Below, in pieces: positions 39,272 through 48,938 of a DNA stretch of 64,000 nt. The DNA comes from Kiritimatiellia bacterium. GTDB taxonomy: Bacteria; Verrucomicrobiota; Kiritimatiellia; RFP12; DVOR01. A program made the position numbers and the translations under genes. How positions within the stretch are numbered: the stretch's first letter is position 1; each line of letters starts with the position of its first letter. Below the pieces are notes generated by a model, which did not search any database, was not told where the DNA came from, and saw only the letters and a program-made list of their open reading frames with translations. The stretch is taken from the NCBI GenBank assembly GCA_036651955.1, contig JAVVWU010000001.1:24932-88931 (forward strand), given 5' to 3'.

Positions 39272-41266
39272 GTGATGAAAACGTTTCTCTGTTCTTTTAT
39301 GATTGCCGCCTGCCTCTTGTTGGGGCTCGTAACCACAACCGTTCATGCTGCCGCCACGCCGCCCGCCGGCACGGCACAAGCCGCCCCCATCATCGCGAAA
39401 AAAGGCGAAGCACAGTGGCATGGATATCAACGTATCAACTTTACTTTTGACGGAAGATCCGCTTGGGTGACCGTTCCTAAAGCTGTTGCCCCCGGCGCTC
39501 CGTGGATGTGGCGCGCGCGTTGGCCCGGATATCACGATGAAATTGACGTCAAGCTTTTGGAAGCAGGCTATCACACCGTTTATGTTGACACGCCCGATAT
39601 GTATGGTTCTCCGCGTGCCATGGCGGTTTGGGATCGTTTCTACCAGTATCTCATCTCGACGTATCATTTTTCCGCCAAGACCGTACTCTATGGATGCAGT
39701 CGCGGAGGCTTTTTCATTTACAACTTCGCCAACCGTTGGCCTGAACGCGTGGCAGTCATCTATGGCGATACTCCGACCATGGATTTCAAATCGTGGCCGC
39801 AAGGAAAAGACGGTATGAGCGTCGGCTCTGCTGGCGACTGGAAACAGTTAATAGCGCAATACGGATTTGCCTCCGAAGCCGAAGCAGATGCGAGTACGGA
39901 CATCCCGCTCAACTATGCCGAGCGCATTGCCGCCCACCATATTCCCATTTGGCACACCATCGGTCCCGAAGACCGCGTCGTTCCCCCCAAATATAATTCC
40001 GAACCGTTCGCTGCGCGTTATCGTGCCGCCGGCGGAGAAATTACGTTGCATTACAACAAAGGTCCCTATCAATTACAAGGACACCATTTCCCCTTGGATG
40101 CGGTGAATGAATCGGTACAATTCATCATTCAAAACACGCCGCTTCCAGACCTCCCTGCCTCCCTTATGGCGACGTGGTCGAAGAATGCCGTGAACCTTCG
40201 CCCCGCATTGGAACGTATCCTTGCCAAAAAGCAAGCGCGTGTAATTTTCCTCGGCGGTTCCATTACCTACAACCCCGGTTGGCAAAATATGACGATGGAC
40301 AGCCTCCGTCGCCGTTTCCCACAAGTGCAATTTGAGTTTCGCAATATCGGCGTGCCTTCCCTCGGCTCCTTAAGCCACGTTTTCCGTTGGCGCGAACATT
40401 TTGCCGGTCCTGCGGATCTCGTCTTTTTCGAGTCCGTCGTCAACGACCTTCACAACAGCCAAACGCCCGAAGAAATTGAACGTGCATATGAAGGCGTTTT
40501 ACGCGGGATTCAAATCGAAAATCCGAACGTTGGATTGATTTGCCTCCACTTTGCTGAACCACGTTACACCGCCGCTTATGCCCAAGGTCAACTGCACCCG
40601 ATTGTCGCGACCCATACACGGATTGCCTCCCACTATGCGTTGCCACAGCTCAACCTCGCCAAAGAAGTTGCCGACCGTTTAGCCGCCAAGCAATTCGACT
40701 GGGAACGTGACTTCCGCGATTTGCACCCCTCTCCTTTCGGTCAACGGTTGTACTACTCCGCCATTTCTAAACTGTTCAATGAAGCACTCGCTGCCGCGCA
40801 GCAGTCCGTTGCCACTGTCAAACTTCCTGCTGCCATACGCAAAGATGCGTGGACTTACGGAAACTTTATTCCCGGAGCCAAAGCCTACAACTTAAACCGC
40901 GCGAAACCAGTAAGCGCGTGGAAGCCACTTCGCCCGATGGAAACACGTGCGATGTTCGTCAATTGCCCGATGCTCGTCGCGGAAGGTGAAGGAGCCTCCT
41001 TCTCGATGGACTTCACAGGGTCGATTATGGGCGTTTACATTGTTGCCAGTCCCGAATCCGCCGTTCTTGAATATTCCGTAGATGGGGCAAAATGGAACTC
41101 CGTGGATACCTTTACCCGATGGAGCAGTTATATCTGTATGCCGTGGCCCTTCATCTTGGAAAAGAATTTGTCGGAAGGTAAACACACCGTACAGTTCCGC
41201 GTAAAAGCCAATGGTAAGCGTAACCTTGTCAACTTCTACGCCCTCTGCGTCGCCCCAATCAAATAG
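39272..41266 (+). CDS. secreted multidomain carbohydrate esterase (alpha/beta-hydrolase domain plus SGNH-hydrolase domain plus C-terminal beta-rich domain)
   Basis: Signal peptide. YGCSRGG nucleophile elbow (GxSxG) in the N-terminal domain. VIFLGGSITYNPGW SGNH block I in the middle domain. 664 aa. Confidence 0.7.
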   Translation: MMKTFLCSFMIAACLLLGLVTTTVHAAATPPAGTAQAAPIIAKKGEAQWHGYQRINFTFDGRSAWVTVPKAVAPGAPWMWRARWPGYHDEIDVKLLEAGYHTVYVDTPDMYGSPRAMAVWDRFYQYLISTYHFSAKTVLYGCSRGGFFIYNFANRWPERVAVIYGDTPTMDFKSWPQGKDGMSVGSAGDWKQLIAQYGFASEAEADASTDIPLNYAERIAAHHIPIWHTIGPEDRVVPPKYNSEPFAARYRAAGGEITLHYNKGPYQLQGHHFPLDAVNESVQFIIQNTPLPDLPASLMATWSKNAVNLRPALERILAKKQARVIFLGGSITYNPGWQNMTMDSLRRRFPQVQFEFRNIGVPSLGSLSHVFRWREHFAGPADLVFFESVVNDLHNSQTPEEIERAYEGVLRGIQIENPNVGLICLHFAEPRYTAAYAQGQLHPIVATHTRIASHYALPQLNLAKEVADRLAAKQFDWERDFRDLHPSPFGQRLYYSAISKLFNEALAAAQQSVATVKLPAAIRKDAWTYGNFIPGAKAYNLNRAKPVSAWKPLRPMETRAMFVNCPMLVAEGEGASFSMDFTGSIMGVYIVASPESAVLEYSVDGAKWNSVDTFTRWSSYICMPWPFILEKNLSEGKHTVQFRVKANGKRNLVNFYALCVAPIK

Positions 41267-41290
41267 CGCATACACTCAACAGGTGAAAAC

Positions 41291-41338
41291 AAGTGTAGCG
41301 TTGCACTTCTGACGAGGTACAACGCTACACTTATTTGG
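41291..41338 (+). terminator. putative terminator after the esterase gene
   Basis: aagtgtagcgttg ... caacgctacactt: a 13-bp stem with a 16-nt loop followed by a T-rich run (atttggg). Confidence 0.45.
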
Positions 41339-41771
41339 GAATATCTCAAAAGCAAATTCACAGTCCAAACAGATTACGACTCCCTCTAAAACGATAGTAC
41401 TTCTACTCGCTAAGACGTTATCGAATACTGTACTTTCTAATTTTCACTGTCAGCTCCAAAATTCATAAAGACATTCGCTTGAGCAGTCAGTCTACATAAA
41501 TGTATTTGATATCGCCCATTGACGTAGTCGTTATACGATTCTGATATGAACCGTATGCGTTATAAACCTCATGAAAAAGGTAGAGGAGGCGTATCGTCAT
41601 TACGTTTATTATTAAGAATCTAATTGCTAATGAACCTAAACATGCCTTTAACTTGACGTAGCATTAAAATTTGTGCTACTTTCAATATCAGAAAGAGTGT
41701 GGATTTGGTTTGACACTGAAGTATCACACTGTCATTTATTCGGATGATTAAAGGGTATAGGGACATCTGCA

Positions 41772-42671
41772 ATGAAAACTTGGATTACTTTTTTACTGTT
41801 GATAGGGTTCGTTTATTGTGCACAAGCGAATAACGAAGTGGAGATAATTCCAACATATGATTCTACTGCGATTCAAATAAAGAATATTACGCGCGTAGAT
41901 GATGAGAATGAATATTCAGCACTTCCGGCGTTGACGAAACAAGAAAGAATACAAAACGAGGAAAGTGGACAATCAATTGATTTGAGTTACACATCAAAAT
42001 ACGGTTATATACCAATTCAACAGGACGGTAGTTCCAGGAAAAGAGACTATCGCAATTTATGGAAAAGAGTTGCTGTCACCGGATGGCATCATTTTGATGT
42101 TGTTTACGAAGTTACGGGAGAAACAATAGATAGACGTCCTTCCGTTAATAAAATTCCCGAGATAACGATTACCTATGCGCTATTATATGATATGAGTAAA
42201 TCTAAATTATTAACTCAACTTTTAATGAATGCCGCAAAAGCGGATTGTAAGGTTGATTGGTATTTGGAAGATATTAAAAATCCTCACTATTACGTGATGG
42301 TGACACGAACGATTACTTATCAAAACATTGCTCATGGGCAAGAACATCGTGCGAGAGTGTGCGTTCCCCCATCATTTATTGTGGCGTATGGTCTGCCAGT
42401 GTGTTTTTCCGCTGAACTTAAAATGAATGGTAAACGTCAAGGGGAAGTGATGACACAAATGTGTTCTGGAGTAAAGATTGAGGAGCATAAGCTTTCGTCG
42501 CTTCTTGTTGAGAAAAATGCAAAAGGGGAATCCACTCCGTCAGCATGGTGGAAAAGTATCCGAACAATTTCTTCCACCGTCGGGGAGCGATTGGATGTTT
42601 TGCAGGATCGTAGTATGACACCCTTTTATATGTTCAATGATTTTGACTATAATCAAGTGAAACAGGATTGA
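41772..42671 (+). CDS. secreted hypothetical protein encoded in a strongly AT-rich islet
   Basis: Signal peptide MKTWITFLLLIGFVYCAQA, 299 aa, no recognisable domain. Codon usage is very different from neighbours. Preceded by about 500 bp of AT-rich noncoding DNA. Confidence 0.6.
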   Translation: MKTWITFLLLIGFVYCAQANNEVEIIPTYDSTAIQIKNITRVDDENEYSALPALTKQERIQNEESGQSIDLSYTSKYGYIPIQQDGSSRKRDYRNLWKRVAVTGWHHFDVVYEVTGETIDRRPSVNKIPEITITYALLYDMSKSKLLTQLLMNAAKADCKVDWYLEDIKNPHYYVMVTRTITYQNIAHGQEHRARVCVPPSFIVAYGLPVCFSAELKMNGKRQGEVMTQMCSGVKIEEHKLSSLLVEKNAKGESTPSAWWKSIRTISSTVGERLDVLQDRSMTPFYMFNDFDYNQVKQD

Positions 42672-42795
42672 GTCCGCTTCGTAGGAAATCTTCCTTCTTT
42701 TTGTAGAAAATTAGTAAGTCAATCTCCCTCGCGATGCGCACGGTGGCGATGGATTCATTGCGGGAGAGTGTTGCATTTGGTATGATATTTTTGCA

Positions 42796-43641
42796 ATGCG
42801 CGTGCTCTATGTATTTATTGATGGTGTGGGATACGCACTGGCGGGGGAGTCCAATCCTGTCCGTCCAGAGGTCTGTCCAACGTTGTACCGTTTGATGCAA
42901 AATGCAGCAGTCAAATTGGACACACGTTTAGGCGTATCAGGATTACCGCAGTCGGCAACGGGGCAAGCGACATTGTACACCGGCGTGAACGCTTCACAGG
43001 TTATGGGACGACACAAAGAAGGGTTCCCCGGACCCACCTTGTGCCGATTGCTTCAAGAGGACAATCTCTTTTTGGAATTACAACGGCGAGGCAAGAAGGT
43101 GTGTTTTGCCGATGCTTATTTTGCAGATACTGCGGAGGAGCTTTCTGCTCGGCGCTTTAAGTCAGTCACAACGATTATGTCGCTGACAGCGCCTACGACG
43201 ATTCGCTATCAACGGGATATGTTGGCAGGACGTGCAGTGCTTCACGATTTAACTCGTCAAGCGATTGTCCCCAAAGGCTACATAGGCCCTACGATTACGC
43301 CCGAAGATGCTGCCGATCAGTTGCTCGCCATTGCTGCGGAAAACGATTTTACGCTGTTCGAGTATTTCTTAACGGATATCGCAGGGCATTCGCAGAACAA
43401 AGAACAGGCAGAAGGCGTATTGCATTCGTTAGACACTTTTCTTACGCGCGTTGTCGAACGGCGTGACGAAGAGACACTGCTGTTAATCACCTCTGACCAC
43501 GGGAATATTGAGGATTTAAGTACGCGCGGACATACGTTTAACCCCGTGCCTTTAATTGTGTTGGGGCCTCACGCAGAAGAAATTCAACGTGGAGCCGAGT
43601 CTTTAATTGATGTTATGCCGCGTTTGCTACGGGCAATGTAA
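42796..43641 (+). CDS. alkaline-phosphatase-superfamily metalloenzyme (ApgM/phosphopentomutase-like)
   Basis: N-terminal LYVFIDGVGYA and C-terminal ITSDHGNIEDL...NPVPLIVLGP motifs typical of cofactor-independent mutase-like metalloenzymes. Shorter (281 aa) than canonical ApgM. Confidence 0.55.
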   Translation: MRVLYVFIDGVGYALAGESNPVRPEVCPTLYRLMQNAAVKLDTRLGVSGLPQSATGQATLYTGVNASQVMGRHKEGFPGPTLCRLLQEDNLFLELQRRGKKVCFADAYFADTAEELSARRFKSVTTIMSLTAPTTIRYQRDMLAGRAVLHDLTRQAIVPKGYIGPTITPEDAADQLLAIAAENDFTLFEYFLTDIAGHSQNKEQAEGVLHSLDTFLTRVVERRDEETLLLITSDHGNIEDLSTRGHTFNPVPLIVLGPHAEEIQRGAESLIDVMPRLLRAM

Positions 43642-43652
43642 AGAGGACGACT

Positions 43653-44651
43653 ATGATGAAACACTTCTTACTTGCGTTGACCGCCCTTGCCGCTCTTCCT
43701 CTCTTCGCACAAACATTAACTGTTAATCAAAAGGTAACCACTCCGATTAAGGACGCGGCAATACTGACGGTCACCGGTACGCCGACGATTTCTACTTCTA
43801 ATATGACCGCCTTAGAGGCGGAGATTACCTTCACGCTTCCGACGATTGACCCGCTTTACAGTGAAACAGTCACGACCGCAGACAAACTGGTAATTTGCCC
43901 TAACGCCGCAGGGACACAGCTACTCATCAGTAATGCCGTGGCAGGAAACGCAGGATGGTTCAGCTATACATTGCCGACGCCACTCTCTGCGACCTCTCCG
44001 ACTTCTCTTTCCATTCGTGCAATCGCCTTTCTTGATGCTTCTGTATTGAAGTATGACGTCTATGTAAAGAATGGATCGACTTACGAAAAAGCAGCGAAGG
44101 GCATTACTTCTCCAAGTTCAAATGCAACGCTTGCCTCTGTCGCCTTTGAAGGTGCAGGCTCTGCGACCAACATTTTATTGGCGCAAATGCCTGTTAGCAG
44201 TGGCGAAACTCCTCCTTCTCCTGAACAGGTTTCAAAATATGCCGAATGGTCGCAAGATTCAGGAAAAGGTGGCGCACTTCCTGCGGACGCAACGGATACC
44301 GATAAACAAAATGCGTTTGCCATGAATGTGGGCGGAACACCACACCTTTCCGTTACAGCAATTGATGCACAAAGCGGAACTATTACACTTAAAGGATCGT
44401 ATATACCAGCGACAGCGGGCGGAGTCGAAACAACCGCTGATCTCGATAACATCAATGGCGTACTGACGATTTCATCTTATACGACACTCGGTGCAACGCC
44501 CACGATTCACAAAGTTAACGTCGTTGCCCAAGCGGACAAAACGGTGATTATCCCGTTCCCTGTTGCTAACGCTCCCTTTGTGAAAGCCACACTGAGTGTT
44601 GCCGCCCAGACGACAGGGGCAGACGTTGACGCAAAACCAAAAGCTCCGTAA
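43653..44651 (+). CDS. secreted Thr/Ser/Ala-rich surface protein (adhesin-like), hypothetical
   Basis: Signal peptide MMKHFLLALTALAALPLFAQ, 332 aa, low complexity rich in T, S and A. Confidence 0.6.
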   Translation: MMKHFLLALTALAALPLFAQTLTVNQKVTTPIKDAAILTVTGTPTISTSNMTALEAEITFTLPTIDPLYSETVTTADKLVICPNAAGTQLLISNAVAGNAGWFSYTLPTPLSATSPTSLSIRAIAFLDASVLKYDVYVKNGSTYEKAAKGITSPSSNATLASVAFEGAGSATNILLAQMPVSSGETPPSPEQVSKYAEWSQDSGKGGALPADATDTDKQNAFAMNVGGTPHLSVTAIDAQSGTITLKGSYIPATAGGVETTADLDNINGVLTISSYTTLGATPTIHKVNVVAQADKTVIIPFPVANAPFVKATLSVAAQTTGADVDAKPKAP

Positions 44652-44699
44652 CGTTTAGCACTCCACTTTTAATTCCCTAAAGCAAGGACAAAGACTCCC

Positions 44700-45731
44700 A
44701 TGGACAAGAAGCATTCCGCATATACCGCCGCTGGCGTTGATATTGACAAGAAGATGAAAGGTATCGAAACCATTAAGCAAATGGTTAAAAAGACCGTAAC
44801 CCCCGGTGTGGTTGGAGGAATTGGCAGCTTCGGCGGTCTTTTCCAAAGCCCGGGCGCAGACACGCTCATTGTCGCGTCTGCCGATGGCGTGGGAACCAAG
44901 CTGAAAGTCGCCGCAATGGTCGGACGGCACGATACGGTAGGACAAGACATTGTGAACCATTGCGTCAATGATATTTTGGTGCAAGGGGCAACGCCTCTCT
45001 TCTTTATGGATTATATCGGCGCTTCCGTTTTTGATGCAGAAATCTTCAATGCGGTGATTTCAGGTTTGTGCAAAGCCTGTGCCGAAAATGGTTGCGCGCT
45101 TCTCGGTGGTGAGACCGCTGAAATGCCGGGGCTTTATCCGATCGGCGAATATGACCTTGTCGGAACGATTATTGGTCAGGTGAAGAAAGATAAAGTTATC
45201 ACAGGCGATGCGATTCAAGTCGGTGATGTGTTGATCGGACTGCCCTCGGGCGGACTTCAAACCAACGGTTTTTCGTTGGCACGTAAAGTCATCTTTGAAC
45301 AGGAAGGCAAAAAGCCCGAAGATCTTGTTCCGGGAACGCAAGTCACGTTTGCAGACGCACTCTTGGCGGTTCATAAGAGTTTTCTCAAGCCCATTACACA
45401 AGTAATGAATGCCGGCGTGAACATTCACGGTATGGCGCATATCACCGGTGGCGGATTCTACGACAATATTCCGCGTGTCCTTCCGAAGAATGTCGATGTT
45501 ACGATTGACTCCGCAAGTTGGGAAGTTCCTCAAATCTTCCAGTTCATTCAAGAAAAAGGGAATGTCGACAGGGAAGAAATGTACCGCGTATTTAATATGG
45601 GTATCGGATTCATCCTTGCCGTTGACTCCGCCGCCGTTGGAACGACGTTGAAAGCGTTAGAAGCGGCAGGCGAACAGCCGATCATCATCGGTGGCGTGAA
45701 CCCCGGCAACAAGACCGTTCATGTGATTTAA
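44700..45731 (+). CDS. purM: phosphoribosylformylglycinamidine cyclo-ligase (AIR synthetase)
   Basis: AYTAAGVDIDKKMKG...GIGSFGGLF PurM N-terminal motifs, 343 aa. Confidence 0.9.
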   Translation: MDKKHSAYTAAGVDIDKKMKGIETIKQMVKKTVTPGVVGGIGSFGGLFQSPGADTLIVASADGVGTKLKVAAMVGRHDTVGQDIVNHCVNDILVQGATPLFFMDYIGASVFDAEIFNAVISGLCKACAENGCALLGGETAEMPGLYPIGEYDLVGTIIGQVKKDKVITGDAIQVGDVLIGLPSGGLQTNGFSLARKVIFEQEGKKPEDLVPGTQVTFADALLAVHKSFLKPITQVMNAGVNIHGMAHITGGGFYDNIPRVLPKNVDVTIDSASWEVPQIFQFIQEKGNVDREEMYRVFNMGIGFILAVDSAAVGTTLKALEAAGEQPIIIGGVNPGNKTVHVI

Positions 45732-45750
45732 GAATCGTCGGTCATAATAA

Positions 45751-45783
45751 AAGGGAAGCTCCTCACGGAGCTTCCCTTTTATT
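45751..45783. terminator. bidirectional Rho-independent terminator
   Basis: aagggaagctcc tcac ggagcttccctt flanked by A-run and T-run, between convergent purM and the U32 peptidase gene. Confidence 0.7.
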
Positions 45784-45798
45784 ATGGCGAATGCTCAA

Positions 45799-48183
45799 TT
45801 AGAATCGGTACTCTTTAAATCGATCCGTAAAGAGTGGCGCCGCCATAAGGACATCGCGCCAATTCGCAAAGAAGAGATCCGCCCCCGCCCACGACAAATC
45901 CACGCGTTGACGTACATAGCCCAAAGAGAGCAATTCGCGCGTATGGTTCTGTGCCGACCACGGACGTTCAGAATAAGTAACCCACAAACGTCCTAAACGC
46001 GTGACACATAAACGGTGACCATTTCGATCGGTCAACCGTGGCGGCGCCTCTTCGCCAACGAGAGGGCGCGTGAACGCAATAAAGAGCGGTGCAATTTGTG
46101 CCACGAGAATTTCGCGTGGTAAATCATCAGGCAAGGACAGTACATTCGGAAGATTGGACTCGGGTCCTGTCACTGCACCACGAATACCGAGCGCCGCTTG
46201 CACCTGAGCCGCCTCCGGATTCGTGGCATACCATGTCCAATCCGCCCAAATATCAAAGGCATCACAGAACGGTTGGAGATCCATAAGAAACTGCCAAGAC
46301 GTGAGATCGGCGACCTCAAATCGGCGGAAGCCTTTATCCACCAAGCTCCCTATCATTCCGGCGAGCGCAGTCAAATCGGCATCACGCAACGCTGGTGGCA
46401 GCGCAATCCGCAACTTTTCGCGTGGCACAGTTTCAATCCACGGCGTGAGCTGCCGCAAGGTGGTTTCACTCGTCAAAGCAACGATCACGTCTTCGGGCAT
46501 TTCATGCCCCAGCACCTTTGTCGCCTGTAAGACGGAGACTTTCACACTATAACGTGGCTCTGTTGCCACTGGGGCACTCGCCGCATCCGTTTTCACCGTA
46601 CGTTTCCGCTCGGGAATAATCAAGATTTCAGCGCGACGATTTTTAGCTTCCGCCGCAAGACGTTCACGCGTCCGCGCCGCCCACTCGCGGCGTGTCGCAT
46701 TGAGAATCGACGCCGGCAGGAAAAGTCCTTGAGGGTCTTGGAAGTCCAGCGAACGCAAGAAGAATCCTTCATCTCCCAATCGCGCGAGCAGACGTTCTGC
46801 GGCTTCACGTGAACACTCGGGCTTCTTGGCGGCATCTAATGTCGCAGGTGCCGACACCTCTGTTCCGCAGCCACGCAACGTAAGCGCGGTAGGAGTCAGT
46901 GTCAGCGTCAAGTCCGCCGGATGCAAAATTCGCGTATCCGTCGAACGCGGTGTCGGCACAGGGAACGAACGGCGAACGGCTTGTGAAGCGGAGCAGTACA
47001 CAATAGCACCGCGCGGGATTTCCTCTTCGATCTCCTCCGGCAAAGCGACTTCAACACGAATCCCCGCCGGAAGTGTAATGGCAAGACGACGCGTTTTCGC
47101 ATCGCAGAAACGATCCACCGCAAACCCGACAGGGCGACCGCCGGTGGGCAAATCAATTTGAATACCATCGTGTTTTTCAAGTGCGCGCACGGTTTCAAAG
47201 GAGAGCCAACGCGATCCTTCATGATCGGTAAGCACTTCACGAACTTTACCAATCGGCGCACCACGATGTCCAATGCAAAGGGAATCAATAATCGTTTCGG
47301 GCGTGGCGGAACCGTTCTTAGAGTAGAGCGGAGTCCACGGACGCGAAAAAATGGTTTGAAGATCGGCAGTCTTTTTGGCAATCCCTTCAGGAGAGAGAAC
47401 GCCATTCAGTAAATCACTATAAAGATCGGTGACCGCCGCAACGTAAAGCGGGTTCTTCATACGCCCCTCAATTTTAAGAGAGGCTAAAGGCAACGTTCGT
47501 AGTTCCTCGGCAGTTTCGACGCTTGCCAAGTCGCGCATTGAAAACGGATGGTTTTGTGTTCCATTCACATCGCAAAAACTTTGACGGCAGCAGTAGGCAC
47601 AGCGTCCGCGGTTACCACTCCGCCCCGCCGTCAGAGATGAGTAGAGACAAAGTCCGCTCACGCTATAACAAAGCGCACCATGGATAAAGACTTCGATTTC
47701 AACACCGGCTTTTTGTCCAATCTCGGCAGCCTCGCGCAAGGTCAATTCACGCGCCGTCACAATGCGCACAAAGCCCAATGCCTTCAACGCGCGTGCGCCT
47801 GCCACAGACGTACACGACAATTGCGTACTGGCATGAAGCGGAATCGTCGGGAAATGTTTATGAATGATTGAGGCAAGTCCTAAGTCCTGCACAATGACAC
47901 CGTCAATCGCAAGGTCTTCCAATGTCACTAACAGTGGCAAAAGGTCCGCACGTTCACGCGTTTCAATCAACGTATTGAGCGTTACATAAACCTTGCGTGG
48001 ACGTTCAAACGTTCGCGCATAAGCAATCAAGCGCGTGAGTTCATCCATCGTAAAATTGGCGGCATCGGCACGCGCAGAAAAACGTTTCAGTCCGAGGTAG
48101 ACCGCGTCGGCACCGTAAGCAAACGCTGCGACAGCCGCTTCAAAAGATCCGGCAGGCGCTAACAATTCAGGTAAGGAGTTCAT
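45799..48183 (-). CDS. U32-family peptidase, long form (collagenase-like; RlhA/TrhP-type putative RNA-modification enzyme family)
   Basis: N-terminal ELLAPAG signature, the FIHGALCYSVSGLC...SGNRGRCAYCCRQS Cys-rich block and a long C-terminal extension. 794 aa. Confidence 0.85.
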   Translation of the reverse strand: MNSLPELLAPAGSFEAAVAAFAYGADAVYLGLKRFSARADAANFTMDELTRLIAYARTFERPRKVYVTLNTLIETRERADLLPLLVTLEDLAIDGVIVQDLGLASIIHKHFPTIPLHASTQLSCTSVAGARALKALGFVRIVTARELTLREAAEIGQKAGVEIEVFIHGALCYSVSGLCLYSSLTAGRSGNRGRCAYCCRQSFCDVNGTQNHPFSMRDLASVETAEELRTLPLASLKIEGRMKNPLYVAAVTDLYSDLLNGVLSPEGIAKKTADLQTIFSRPWTPLYSKNGSATPETIIDSLCIGHRGAPIGKVREVLTDHEGSRWLSFETVRALEKHDGIQIDLPTGGRPVGFAVDRFCDAKTRRLAITLPAGIRVEVALPEEIEEEIPRGAIVYCSASQAVRRSFPVPTPRSTDTRILHPADLTLTLTPTALTLRGCGTEVSAPATLDAAKKPECSREAAERLLARLGDEGFFLRSLDFQDPQGLFLPASILNATRREWAARTRERLAAEAKNRRAEILIIPERKRTVKTDAASAPVATEPRYSVKVSVLQATKVLGHEMPEDVIVALTSETTLRQLTPWIETVPREKLRIALPPALRDADLTALAGMIGSLVDKGFRRFEVADLTSWQFLMDLQPFCDAFDIWADWTWYATNPEAAQVQAALGIRGAVTGPESNLPNVLSLPDDLPREILVAQIAPLFIAFTRPLVGEEAPPRLTDRNGHRLCVTRLGRLWVTYSERPWSAQNHTRELLSLGYVRQRVDLSWAGADLFFANWRDVLMAAPLFTDRFKEYRF

Positions 48184-48938
48184 TAAAAAACCACCGTAGT
48201 ATCAAAGGAATCAAACGAAGCCTCAATGCGGTCTTTCTCCGCATCAGGCAGTGGGCAACCGGCGAGAAACAGGACTTTCAATGTCCGCCACGGACGAAGA
48301 TCGTCCGGCAGCTTCTCGATTTTCGTATTGCGTAAATCAAGCAATTCAAGCCCCGTACCGAGATCGTCCGGCACCGCGGTAAGAGGATTTCCAGAAAGCG
48401 TAAGATGCCGTAATGCGGACGGCTTCAGCGGCGTTGCCGTGAGCTGATTGTCGGCAAGATAAAGCCGTTCAATCGTTGCTGGGAGCGGTGGCAGAATGGT
48501 GAGATGATTGCCATTGAGACGGAGAAAACGCAACGGCATTTGCGACATATCGGGAAGCGAAGTCAAAAGATTGCGGTCAAGATTCAAATACGTTAACGGC
48601 ACGGCGCTGAACGTTGCCGGCAAGTTCGTCAAACGATTATCCGCCAGCCACAACCGTTCAACTGTGGGAGGAACAAGATCACGTGGCAGTGCCGGCAAGT
48701 CATTCCCCGAAAGATTCAAATCACGCACCGAAGAGGGCACACGTAATTGATAGACACGCTCGGCACCGACCGTACGCAGATGTAATTCACGCAGGTTGGA
48801 ATCAGCAGAAAGACGAGGAATTGCATTCGTTCCTTCTACCATAACAATCGTCGAACGATCACACTCGGGCGCCTCCTGCGGTTCATAACAGCCGCATAAA
48901 CTCATCAGCATTCCGCCGAGGATCGCGTACTTCATCAT
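48183..48938 (-). CDS. leucine-rich-repeat lipoprotein
   Basis: MMKYAILGGMLMSLCGC lipobox, then about 8 LRR units (LxxLxLxxNxLTxLP). Confidence 0.75.
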   Translation of the reverse strand: MMKYAILGGMLMSLCGCYEPQEAPECDRSTIVMVEGTNAIPRLSADSNLRELHLRTVGAERVYQLRVPSSVRDLNLSGNDLPALPRDLVPPTVERLWLADNRLTNLPATFSAVPLTYLNLDRNLLTSLPDMSQMPLRFLRLNGNHLTILPPLPATIERLYLADNQLTATPLKPSALRHLTLSGNPLTAVPDDLGTGLELLDLRNTKIEKLPDDLRPWRTLKVLFLAGCPLPDAEKDRIEASFDSFDTTVVF

